This document shows positions 52,476 to 62,126 of a DNA stretch of 64,000 nucleotides, in pieces. The stretch is from an uncultured Gemmatimonadales bacterium (GTDB lineage Bacteria; Gemmatimonadota; Gemmatimonadetes; Longimicrobiales; RSA9), in the NCBI GenBank assembly GCA_963816355.1, contig CAWFKH010000001.1:590890-654889 (forward strand). Reading direction: 5' to 3'. The first letter of the stretch is position 1; every line of letters starts with the position of its first letter. The translations under genes were made by a program, and so were the position numbers. The notes beneath the pieces are model-generated. The model had not been told where the DNA came from. It saw nothing but the letters and a program-made list of their open reading frames with translations, and ran no database searches.

Positions 52476-53516
52476 ATGAAGAAAACAAATGCCGTTCTGG
52501 CCGTAGCGATTGCAACGTCTGTGTCAGGTTGCGGTTCGCGTGGCGCGCCTGACGCGCTTGGAGCAACATTACATATCAGCACGTTCTGCTCTGAGCACAG
52601 ACGTATTGCCCTTCAGGAAAATGCCGATGTTGTAACTGTTACACCGTTGATGACCGTACTAACGAACGACAACATCGTCATCGCGGACGCCAAAGAAGCC
52701 CAAGTGCGGACCTACGACCCGGATGGAAGGCTTCTCTCACACATGGGCAGGCCTGGAAGAGGACCAGGCGAATTCTTTAACCCGCGAAGCATCGCCGGCG
52801 CTGTTGGACATCCTGATTACGTACTTGTTGCGGATCTCTCCGGCACATTAAGTTGGATGGATACTGACGGGGATAGCGCGGTGGCTGTGCAGCAAACGCC
52901 GATATCGCCGATGTATGGAGCGATCCAACTTAACGACAGCACAGTTTTGATCGCGGGTCAATCGATAGTGCAACCGACGCCGTATCTACTGCACCTGTGG
53001 GACATCAAACACCGCAATCTTCGGAAGGACTTTTTCCCTGTACCATCTGTGAACCCGCGCTTGGAATACCCCACTCTTGCATTCGGCTGGGCGAGTTTCG
53101 ATACGCTTGGTGACAGAATCGCGGCGGTATTCTCGATCAGCGATACTTTGTACGTATTCTCTTTCGCGGGGAACCTCAAACGTCGCATTCCTTTGCGGCT
53201 AGAGCACTATCGACCGGTGCATTCGCGCCCGCCACGGACGGCGGGACGAACGGAGGCGCTGGAGCGGTGGCTAGAATCGTTCTCGCAATTAACATCCGTG
53301 ACGATATTGCAGGATTCAACCGTACTGATTCAATACACGGACCGGAAGTCGGGCTTACAACAGTGGAGGTTAGCGAACATATCTCTTTCCGGAGCACTGC
53401 GCTTTGACGCCCTTCATTCGCCGAAACTCATGAGTCGGTCAGCGGATCGAAAGCGACTTTACTTTCTCGATCCTTCTTCGGCAACTCCGAACTGGTTGAT
53501 AGAATGTTCGATGTGA
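52476..53516 (+). CDS. Beta-propeller lipoprotein (6-bladed/NHL-like)
   Basis: Lipobox VSGC, IVIAD....VRTYDPDG, GRPGRGPGEF..P. Confidence 0.8.
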   Translation: MKKTNAVLAVAIATSVSGCGSRGAPDALGATLHISTFCSEHRRIALQENADVVTVTPLMTVLTNDNIVIADAKEAQVRTYDPDGRLLSHMGRPGRGPGEFFNPRSIAGAVGHPDYVLVADLSGTLSWMDTDGDSAVAVQQTPISPMYGAIQLNDSTVLIAGQSIVQPTPYLLHLWDIKHRNLRKDFFPVPSVNPRLEYPTLAFGWASFDTLGDRIAAVFSISDTLYVFSFAGNLKRRIPLRLEHYRPVHSRPPRTAGRTEALERWLESFSQLTSVTILQDSTVLIQYTDRKSGLQQWRLANISLSGALRFDALHSPKLMSRSADRKRLYFLDPSSATPNWLIECSM

Positions 53517-54073
53517 GCGCTGTGCGGCGGTCGATGGTCCTTGCGTCCCTCGCCTGGTGTGCCTGTGGACACCCAGACAGGGAATCACATCCGCTTGAAA
53601 TTGGTGACCGGATTCCACTTGAGCTAGATAGCGCGAGAGCCTCGGAGGCTCGATACACTGTTGTGTGGATTTTCCGTACGAAGGATTGCTACGCTTGCGG
53701 AGCGCCGACGCGAGAATTTAGGCATCTCGCCACTGAATTCGGAGACTCCCTCCGATTCGTCGCGGTCCCAGTTGGTGTTCCGGACGATCTTCTTAGAGGA
53801 TTTCTTGAAGATGAGCGTCTCAAGATGGACGTGGTTCCGTCAGCAACCATAATGAACAGTGCGGCATTGGCCAGAGCACTACCGGCGTTACATGTGTTCT
53901 TGCACGATAGACTAATCGCCTCATGGACGGCCGATGGAGCTGCGTCTGACAACAAGGTGGCCTTCAGAGACTCGCTGGCCATTGCTCTGTCACAATTATT
54001 CATGGGTGCTGCCGGGAAGGGCAGTGGCGTTGACGATGTGAATAACAGGGACATCCAAGGAGGCGGCGTATGA
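53504..54073 (+). CDS. Thioredoxin/redoxin-fold putative lipoprotein
   Basis: Signal ending CAC, LEIGDRIP, VVWIF...DCYAC, LPALHVF. Confidence 0.6.
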   Translation: MFDVSAVRRSMVLASLAWCACGHPDRESHPLEIGDRIPLELDSARASEARYTVVWIFRTKDCYACGAPTREFRHLATEFGDSLRFVAVPVGVPDDLLRGFLEDERLKMDVVPSATIMNSAALARALPALHVFLHDRLIASWTADGAASDNKVAFRDSLAIALSQLFMGAAGKGSGVDDVNNRDIQGGGV

Positions 54074-54261
54074 CAAGGAACTTGCATAAGCTGGTCTGGG
54101 TAGGAGTGGTGGCCTTCGGCGTGTTTGGCGCGCCTCTGACTAGGTCTGGCAAGGCCGACGCCTATCCTCATCAGGAGTACTATAACCCCGCGACCGGCGA
54201 GATACATTGCTCGGCCACGGATTGTGAGGATTTCATGTGCTGCGAGATACAGAAGCTATGA
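54070..54261 (+). CDS. Small secreted cysteine-rich peptide (63 aa)
   Basis: AAGGAGG RBS, ATGA overlap, signal peptide ending ADA, mature part with C-x4-C-x4-CC. Confidence 0.75.
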   Translation: MTRNLHKLVWVGVVAFGVFGAPLTRSGKADAYPHQEYYNPATGEIHCSATDCEDFMCCEIQKL

Positions 54262-54352
54262 ATGATGTGAAGGTGCGCTAACGCCTTCCCCGGCAGCGCG
54301 AGTAGAGAGATAGTGTCGCGGCCAGTCAAGCGGCTATGCGCAGGAGGCCCCT

Positions 54353-56632
54353 ATGCGAGCACGCATTTTCTGCCTTTGGATTGTGCTGTTGGTTGGCTCG
54401 AATGGCCCTCTAAGCGCTCAGGTGGTCCGCGGTCGGTTTATCGACAGTTCCGCCGGAACCCCCGTGGAAGGGGGCATCATTGCGGTGCTCGACAGGGGCG
54501 GTCATCAGGTTGGACGGGCATTGACTGACTCCACGGGGTGGTTTGCGCTCGTCGTTGGCGCTCCTGGCGAATACCATATTCGTGCATCCCGCATTGGGTA
54601 TGAGGATGTCGTAACCCCGCCATTTACCGTGCAAGTTGGAGATGTGGCGGAGCGAAATGTGGTGGCCTCAGTTAGGCCGATATTGTTGGAGCGGATCGCC
54701 GTGAGAGGAAGAGCTCGGTGCCACACGCGGCCAGAGCAGGGCGAGCAAACGCAGGCTCTTTGGACTGCCATACGTGCAGCGCTGGCAGCTGATGTTGTGA
54801 CTGAAGCTGGCAAGGGACTGCGTTATGATATTGTGGAATACAGGGGCCGTCGCGATCCCACTACTATGGAAGGATTGACACGCCCGCAAACGGTTACGCG
54901 CGATGGAGTAGCGGTACACCCATTTGTTTCTGCCCCTGCGGACGAACTAGTAACGCACGGATTTGTCGGGTACGGTATTGATAGCACCTCGTACTTCGCA
55001 CCCGATGCTGCGGTGTTGCTCTCCGATGCCTTTCTGCAGTCCCACTGTTTCAGTGTCGTCGCACCGGAAGACGGGGTCAGAGATGTTATTGGATTGGCGT
55101 TCAGGCCGATCCATGGCCGGCGTCTTCCAGACGTGGAAGGGACACTCTGGGTAAATTTGGCATCGGCTCAGCTCGAATACCTGGACTACAACTACACCGG
55201 CCTGAGGGCGCCGCAAATCGGAAACGTTGGAGGTCGCGTTGCCTTCTCACCTGTAGGTTCCGGAAGATGGATTGTGTCCGACTGGTATGTGCGGATGCCT
55301 CTTGTACCCCGAGTCTATGTCGAAGGCCATCTATCGCGCGACCCGTTGCCTTCCGAGCGCCACGCGAAGGGGGTGGAGATTATCGAGGAGGGGGGATTCG
55401 TGCTGCGGGCCCGCGACAGGGTTGGGAATGTCGTTTATGAACCGAACCATTCCTCAACCCAGTTGCTGGCCGGTCGAGGGTTGGTGCCCGATGACCGCGT
55501 TGCACAGGAGAGTGCGTCCAACATCCGCAAGGATTCCTCCGCGGGAGCCAATTGCCCGGATAGTCTTTCGGCCCGCGGTCGCGGAGCTATTGAGGGAGCT
55601 GTACTCAAGACTGACGAGCCCCACACGGCCCTTACTTTACCGACGGTCGTGGTGGAGTGGACCGGATGGACTCTGGTCGGCCCGTTGGATGGTGCGCTTG
55701 GTACGAGGAAGAGAGTCACTGCCGTGGCAGACGTGGATGGGAACTACGTCGTCTGCGGACTACCACTTGGTGTCATGCTCTCCGTATACGCGATTCGCCG
55801 GTCACGGAAGTCCTCCGTCCGCCGAATAACGCTGCGAGGCGCCGCGCCGTTCCCTCTTGACCTAGATATATCCGCCCGACCTGCGGCCTCCGGGAGGTCT
55901 GCGGAATCCTCCCGTGCTGGTGGGCTGCGGGTGAATGCCTTGACGGGACGTGTTGTTGATGCTGTGACCCACCGACCCTTGCCGGGTGTGCGAGTCGTGG
56001 TGTACGAAGGAGCCGATTCGGCCGGAGCATCGAAGAGCACTGTAACCCAAGCCGATGGAAGCTTTTTATTTGAGCACGTGGAGTTGGGTGATCATCTGCT
56101 GTTGACTGAGTATTTGGGTTACGAGCGCAAAGCAGAAGTTGTGCATGTGCAGCAGACCAGTGGCGCTCGGGTCGCCGTTGAGCTGATGACGCAGGCACTG
56201 CCGTTGGAAGAAATTGTAGTTGAGGGCCATGGCCGGAGCGAACTGGGTGGCTTCTATCTCAGACGAAGTCAAAATATGGGTACGTTCTTCGATGAAGATG
56301 ATATAGGGCAACTATCTCCGCACCGCCTGAGTGATCTGATGCGCCACATTCCGGGAGTGCAAGTTATTTGTCCGGGTGTATCACTCCGGTGCGGCATTCG
56401 AATGGCCGCGGCTGCCGCCTCGCTGACGGACAGCGACTGTCCGGTAGAGTACTTTGTTGATGGGAGCCTTGCACCACGCGGATTTGAAATTGATGACCTA
56501 ATGACTACCGATATTCGGGCCGTCGAGGTGTACAGCCACGCATCCACCATTCCGGCCAGATTTAGCATCGGAGTTAGTGCGCGTTGCGGCGTCATCGTAT
56601 TATGGACACGGGGTGGGCCTCCACATGAATGA
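54353..56632 (+). CDS. Secreted protein with carboxypeptidase-regulatory-like repeats and C-terminal TonB plug-like domain
   Basis: Signal peptide, VRGRFID..TDSTG.F..RIGY repeats, C-terminal YFVDG..DIRAVEVY..CGVIVLWT; AGGAGG RBS. Confidence 0.75.
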   Translation: MRARIFCLWIVLLVGSNGPLSAQVVRGRFIDSSAGTPVEGGIIAVLDRGGHQVGRALTDSTGWFALVVGAPGEYHIRASRIGYEDVVTPPFTVQVGDVAERNVVASVRPILLERIAVRGRARCHTRPEQGEQTQALWTAIRAALAADVVTEAGKGLRYDIVEYRGRRDPTTMEGLTRPQTVTRDGVAVHPFVSAPADELVTHGFVGYGIDSTSYFAPDAAVLLSDAFLQSHCFSVVAPEDGVRDVIGLAFRPIHGRRLPDVEGTLWVNLASAQLEYLDYNYTGLRAPQIGNVGGRVAFSPVGSGRWIVSDWYVRMPLVPRVYVEGHLSRDPLPSERHAKGVEIIEEGGFVLRARDRVGNVVYEPNHSSTQLLAGRGLVPDDRVAQESASNIRKDSSAGANCPDSLSARGRGAIEGAVLKTDEPHTALTLPTVVVEWTGWTLVGPLDGALGTRKRVTAVADVDGNYVVCGLPLGVMLSVYAIRRSRKSSVRRITLRGAAPFPLDLDISARPAASGRSAESSRAGGLRVNALTGRVVDAVTHRPLPGVRVVVYEGADSAGASKSTVTQADGSFLFEHVELGDHLLLTEYLGYERKAEVVHVQQTSGARVAVELMTQALPLEEIVVEGHGRSELGGFYLRRSQNMGTFFDEDDIGQLSPHRLSDLMRHIPGVQVICPGVSLRCGIRMAAAAASLTDSDCPVEYFVDGSLAPRGFEIDDLMTTDIRAVEVYSHASTIPARFSIGVSARCGVIVLWTRGGPPHE

Positions 56633-56706
56633 GTCGCATAAGAGGAGGGTGCCCAGCGAGTCGAAGGAGCCCTCGTCGGAATAGCACGCCGCCGGGGCCT
56701 GCGGCT

Positions 56707-57543
56707 TCAGTCGGCGAATTCCACCTTGACGCGGCTGGGGATGACGCCGGCGTCGTAGCCGCGGTCGAGGAAGAGCTGGACGGCGCGGCGGCCGTCGTCG
56801 CCGTAATCGAGGGTGCGGGGGTTGACGTACATGCCGACGAATTCGTCGGTCTGGGCGTGGGTGAGGCCGCGGCCGTAGCCCTCGGCGTGGGCGAGGGCGG
56901 GTGCGCGGTGCTCGAGGCCGTAGGCGATGGAGGCGCGCAGGAGGGCGGAGGCGCGGCGGATGACGTCGGGGCCGAGGTCGCGGCGGATCAGGTTGCCGCC
57001 GAGCGGCAGCGGCAGGCCGTCGCTCTCCGCCGCCCACCACGCGCCCAGGTCGGCGATCAGGTGCAGGCCCTCCTCGGCGTACGTGATCTGGCCCTCGTGG
57101 ATGATCAGCCCCACGTCCGCCTCGCCCGCCAGCACGAACGGGATGATCTCGTCGAACGGGACGACGACCGTCTCCACGTCCGGCTCCATCAGCTTCAGCG
57201 CGAGGTAGGCGGAGGTCATCTCGCCGGGGACCGCGACGGTGATGCCGGGCAGGTCCTCGACGCCGATCACGTCGCGCGACACCAGCCGCGGTCCGTAGCC
57301 CTCGCCCATCGAAGCGCCGTGCGGCAGCAGCACGTAGCGGTCCGCCAGGTAGGCGTAGGCGTGGATCGAGGCGGCGGTCACCTCCAGCTCGCCGCGCAGC
57401 GCACGCCGGTTCAGCGTCTCGATGTCCTGCAGCTCGTGCACGAACTCGAGGTCGCCGGTGTCGATCTTGTGCGCGGCGAGCGCGTAGAACATGAACGCGT
57501 CGTCGGAGTCCGGCGAGTGCGCGACGCGGATCGTCGTGGGCAT
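56707..57543 (-). CDS. mqnD: 1,4-dihydroxy-6-naphthoate synthase (futalosine pathway)
   Basis: VAHSPDSDDAFMFYAL, DIETLN, G.GYGP, IIHEGQITY, LPLPLGG, MYVN. Confidence 0.9.
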   Translation of the reverse strand: MPTTIRVAHSPDSDDAFMFYALAAHKIDTGDLEFVHELQDIETLNRRALRGELEVTAASIHAYAYLADRYVLLPHGASMGEGYGPRLVSRDVIGVEDLPGITVAVPGEMTSAYLALKLMEPDVETVVVPFDEIIPFVLAGEADVGLIIHEGQITYAEEGLHLIADLGAWWAAESDGLPLPLGGNLIRRDLGPDVIRRASALLRASIAYGLEHRAPALAHAEGYGRGLTHAQTDEFVGMYVNPRTLDYGDDGRRAVQLFLDRGYDAGVIPSRVKVEFAD

Positions 57544-57699
57544 CGGTTCCGGGGTTCGGGGTTCGCGGCCGTGGGCGGCGCGAAGGGCGCGCCTCCTTCG
57601 CCGGGCGCGAACGGTAGGCGGGGGCGCGGCGCGTGTCAATCCGCGCCGGCGCCGCGCCCGGCCGGGCGCGCATCCGCGCCGGGGCGACGGGGCTCGCGC

Positions 57700-58179
57700 T
57701 CAGTCGCCGGCGAGCCCCTTCACGATCGCCAGCGCGTCCTCCGCCGTGAGGCGGCCGACCTTGCCGCTGGAGTAGACGGCGTGGACGATGGTGCCGTCGC
57801 GGTCGAGCACGAAGGCGGCCGGCTGGATGTGCGGCCGGCCCTCGTGCGTGCCGGTGTAGCAGCCGATCGCGCGCGACGTCGCCTCGGCGTCGAGGCCCCA
57901 CGCGACGGAGAACTCGAGGCCGAGCTCGTCGACCGTGCCCCGCGCGTCCTCCCGCGGGTCGGACGACAGGCCGACCACCTGCGTCTCCAGCTCCTCGAGC
58001 TCGGCGAGGTGAGTCTCGAAGTCGGCCAACTGCCGACGACAGTGGCTTCACCAGCGGCCGCGGTAGAAGAGCAGCACGGCGCGCAGGTCGTGCAGCTCGG
58101 TGGGGATCTCCAGCGTCGAGCCGTCGACGGTGTCGACGCGGAGGGTGGGGAAGCGGTCTCCGACGCGAAGCGTCTCCAT
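57700..58179 (-). CDS. Peroxiredoxin-like (AhpC/TSA) selenoprotein, UxxC, Sec at codon 44
   Basis: The two ORF-track pieces are one frame joined by TGA 58048-58050: VLLFYRGRW-U-SHCRRQL; GAGGAG RBS. Confidence 0.88.
58021..58037 (-). promoter_or_regulatory. Candidate bacterial SECIS hairpin
   Basis: GTCGGC-AGTTG-GCCGAC begins 11 nt after the UGA. Confidence 0.65.
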
Positions 58180-58329
58180 GGCGGTCTCCTCTCGAGGGTT
58201 TGGACGGCGCGACCGGCGCGCGCCGCCGCGGCTCCCGGGCACGCGCGGTCCGGCGCGGCTGCGTGCACGCTCCGGGCCGCCGCCCCTCGCCGTCCTCGAC
58301 CCGGGCGCGCTCGACGGCTAGGATAACAC

Positions 58330-59575
58330 ATGAGCACGTCCTTCCGATCGGTCTTCATCGCGGTCGTGATCAGCGTGGCGCTCATCGTCGCCGCGCTCAT
58401 CGTGAACGGGCTGCGGCCCGCCGTCGAGGTCCAGCAGCCGACGGCCGAGCTCGTGGAGGCGAGCGGCAAGTGCGCCGAGTGCCACGCCCGCGAGACGTCC
58501 GCGATCGTGATCGAGTACCGTCGCAGCCAGCACGCGCGGCAGGGCGTCACCTGCCTCGACTGCCACGGTCCGGTGGCGGGCCAGAAGTCGATCGAGCACC
58601 GCGGCTTCACGATCGCCGACACCCTCACCCCCGCGAACTGCGCCGCCTGCCACGAGGCGGAGTACCGGCAGTTCGAGCGCAGCCGCCACGCGGCGCCCGC
58701 GTGGGCGGCGGTGTACGGATCGGCGCCGTTCACCGCGGAGCAGGTCGCGTTCGCGGAGCGCTACCAGCCGGGCGCCGTGAAGCGGCCGCCGAACCCGCTG
58801 GTCGGGCCGGAGGGGCACACGGCGATCGGCGCCGGCTGCGCCACCTGCCACTCCGTCGGCCGGCCGCACGCCGACGGCTCGATCGGCACGTGCACGCTGT
58901 GCCACGGGCGCCACGCGGCGTCGGTGGCGCTCGCACGCCTGCCCACCACCTGCGGGCAGTGCCACATGGGGCCGGACCACTCGCAGCTCGAGATCTACAA
59001 CGAATCGAAGCACGGCGTGCTTTTCGCGCTGCGCCGCGGCCAGCTCGAACCTCGACGCGCCGCCGAAGCGACTCACCACCATGGACATGTCGGTGCCCAC
59101 GTGCGCGACGTGCCACATGAGCGGTCTCGGTGGCCTGAACGTGACGCACGACGTGACCGAGCGCCTCTCGTGGTACCTGTTCCAGGCGGTGTCGAGCGAG
59201 CGGCCCGGCTTCGCGCAGGCCCGCGCCCGCATGCAGGAGGTCTGCGCCAACTGCCACGCCATGCCGCAGGTGCGCAACGTTCTACGCGCAGGGCGATTCG
59301 GTCGTCGCGGCGACGAACGCGCGGGTCGCCGCGTCGCTCGCGCTGATGGACAGCCTGAAGGCGGAGGGCCTGCTCACGCCGGCGCCGTTCGACCAGCCGA
59401 TCGACTTCGTCGCGTTCGACCTGTGGCACTACTTCGGCCGCACCACCAAGCACGGCGCCTTCATGGGCGGCGCCGACTTCACGCAGTGGCACGGCAACTA
59501 CGAGCTCGTGGCCAAGGGCGTGGAGCTGGGCGCGATGGCGAGGGAGCTGCGCGCGGCGCGCGGCGCGCCGGTGAG
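58330..59575 (+). CDS. Octaheme c-type cytochrome, hydroxylamine oxidoreductase-like; frameshifts near 59046 and 59278; 3' end approximate
   Basis: N-terminal TM, 8 CxxCH across three frames (CAECH, CLDCH, CAACH, CATCH, CTLCH, CGQCH, CATCH, CANCH), HMGPDH, GADFTQWHG. Confidence 0.8.
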
Positions 59576-59605
59576 GGGCCGGCGGTCGACGAGGACCGCA
59601 TTCCG

Positions 59606-60483
59606 ATGGAACGGGACGCGACGTCGCCGGCGTGCCGGTGGATCTCGTTGCCGCGCGACCGGTCGCTGCTCGTCGAGCTGTTCGTCTGTTCCAACCTCGC
59701 CTTCCTGGCGCTCGACGTGGCGATCGCGCACGCGGTCAACCGGTTCCGCGACCCGGCCGAGTGGATCCCCGTGGGCTTCGCGGCGGCTCGGCGGCCGCTG
59801 GCGCTGCTGCCCGGGATCGTCGCGCTCGTGGCGCGACGGCGCGCGGCCCGGCGCGCGCGGGAACGGTCGTCGGCTGGAGCGCCGTCGTGGTCGGCGTCGC
59901 CGGGCCTGATCTTCCACCTCCGCAGCCAGTTCTTCGCGGCGACGACGCTCCACAGCCTCGTCTACTCGGCGCCGTTCGTCGCGCCGCTGTCGTTCGCCGG
60001 CCTCGGCCTGCTGCTGCTCGCCAACCGCATGATCCCGGCGGAATCGCCCGAGTGGCCGCAGTGGGTGCTCTTCCTCGCGCTCGCCGGCTTCGCCGGCAAC
60101 TTCGCGCTGTCGCTCACCGACCACGCGCAGAACGGCTTCTTCAACCCGCTCGAGTGGGTGCCGGTGGCGTCCAGCGCCTCGCCGTCGGCTTCCTGCTCAC
60201 GGCGCTGCTGCGGCCGCTCACGAGCGCCTTCGCGCGCGCGTGCTGGATCGTGCTGGCGCTGCAGGCGGGAACCGGCGTGGCGGGGTTCGCGATGCACGTC
60301 TGGGCCGATCTCCACGGGCCGACCCACCACCTGACCCAGGACTTCCTCTACGGCGCCCCCGCGTTCGCACCGCTGCTGTTCGCCGACCTGGCCGTGCTGG
60401 CGGCGATCGCGCTCGCGAACCTCCCTCCGCGGGAGGGGGCGAGCAGCGAGGCGAGGGTCGATCTTCACGTCCGAAAACGGTGA
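59606..60483 (+). CDS. Integral membrane partner of the octaheme cytochrome (frameshifted; start uncertain)
   Basis: Hydrophobic segments with an internal repeat (H..N.F...EW.PV...H...Y.AP..APL.F) alternate between two frames. Confidence 0.65.
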
Positions 60484-60517
60484 GTCGGCGGCCCGCCGAA
60501 CCGTTAGATTGTCCCGC

Positions 60518-62126
60518 ATGTCGACCCCGAGTCCGACCCCGACCCCGAGCCCGATCCCGACCCGGAGCGCGGCCGCGGCCCCGAGCGCCACCCCGAGCGC
60601 GAGCGCCGGCCCCACCGCGGGCGTGCACGCGCCCCCTCCGGGCGCGGCTACGGACGCGGCCCGCTACCGGGCGTTGCGCGCGCACGATCCGCGCTTCGAC
60701 GGCACGTTCTTCGTCGGCGTGTCGTCGACCGGCGTCTACTGCCGGCCGGTGTGCCGGGTGCGGCTGCCGAAGCGGGAGCACTGCACGTTCTTCGACACGG
60801 CGGCGGCGGCGGAGAGGGCGGGCTACCGGCCGTGCCTGCGCTGCCGGCCGGAGCGTGCGCCGGGCCGCTCGCCGGCCGATGCGACGGACCGGCTCGCGGC
60901 GGTGGCGTTCGAGCGCATCTCGGCGGGCGCGCTGAACGCGGCCTCTGTGGCGGCGCTGGCGTCCGACCTGTGCGTGGGTGAGCGGCAGCTCCGACGCGCG
61001 GTGAAGCGCGCGTTCGGCGTATCGCCCGTGGAGCTGGCGCAGACGCGGCGGCTGCTGCTGGCGAAGCAGTTGCTCGCGGAGACGTCGGTGCCCGATCACG
61101 CGCGTGGCGTTCGCGGCCGGCTTCTCGAGCGTCAGCCGCTTCAACACGCTTTTCCGCTCGCGCTACGGGCTGAACCCCACGGCGCTGCGGCGCGCCGGCG
61201 GTGCGGGCGGGGAGCGCGGCGCGATGGCGCTGCGACTCGAATACCGGCCGCCGCTGGACTGGCGCCGCATGCTCGCCTTTCTGTCCGCGCGTGCGACGCC
61301 CGGCGTCGAGCGCGTGCGCGGCGACGCGTACGCCCGCACGCTGAGGATCGACGGCGCCGCCGGCTGGTTCGCGGTGCGGCCGGCGCCGCGCGGCGTCGCG
61401 GCCCTCGACCTGCGCGTGTCCGACTCCCTCGCGCCGGCGCTCATGCCGCTGCTCGCGGCCGTGCGCCGGCTGCTCGACCTGGACGCGGAGCCGGCGGCGA
61501 TCGCCGCGGCGCTGTCGCGCGACGAGCGGCTCGCGCCGTCGGTGCGCGCGCGGCCGGGGCTGCGCGTGCCTGGCGCCGTCGACGGCTTCGAGCTGGCCGT
61601 GCGCGCGGTGCTGGGCCAGCAGGTCAGCGTGCGCGCCGCGACGACGCTGGCCGGCCGCCTGGCGGCGTCGTTCGGCGAGCCCGCGTCGTTCGGCCCGCCG
61701 GCGTCGTTCGGCGCGCCGGACGGGGACGGAGCGCCGCTGGACCGGCTGCCGGTGAGCGCCGCGCGCCTGGCGGATGCGACGGTCGACGAGATCGCCGCGG
61801 TCGGCCTGCCGTGCGCCCGCGCCCGCACGCTCCATGCGCTGGCCCGCGGCGTCGCCGGCGGCGCGCTCGACCTGCGCCCCGGCGCCGACGCCGCCGCGAC
61901 GGTCGCGGCGCTCCTCGAGGTGCCCGGGATCGGGCCGTGGACGGCGCAGTACATCGCCATGCGCGCGCTGCACTGGCCGGACGCCTTTCCCGCGACGGAT
62001 CTGGGCATCCGGCGCGCGCTGGGCGACGACGCCGCGCGCGCCGCCGAGGCTTGGCGCCCCTGGCGCGCCTACGCCGCCATGCACGTCTGGGCCGGACCCG
62101 CAACGAACGGAGAGGAGGGCACGTGA
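60518..62126 (+). CDS. alkA: Ada-AlkA fusion (Ada Zn domain, AraC HTH, 3-methyladenine glycosylase II); +1 frameshift near 61092
   Basis: GVYCRPVC, GYRPCLRCRP, FELAVRAVLGQQVS, PGIGPWTA.Y, WRPWRAYA. Confidence 0.88.

Larger units (their letters stand above)
52330..56690. other. Lower-GC genomic island (4-gene cassette)
   Basis: Abrupt rise in A/T and in A/T-ending codons relative to the flanks; IS remnants at the left edge. Confidence 0.85.

Noticed and set aside
58048..58050. TGA as a nonsense mutation (pseudogene)
   Set aside because: It falls exactly at the redox Cys position and is followed by a SECIS-like hairpin
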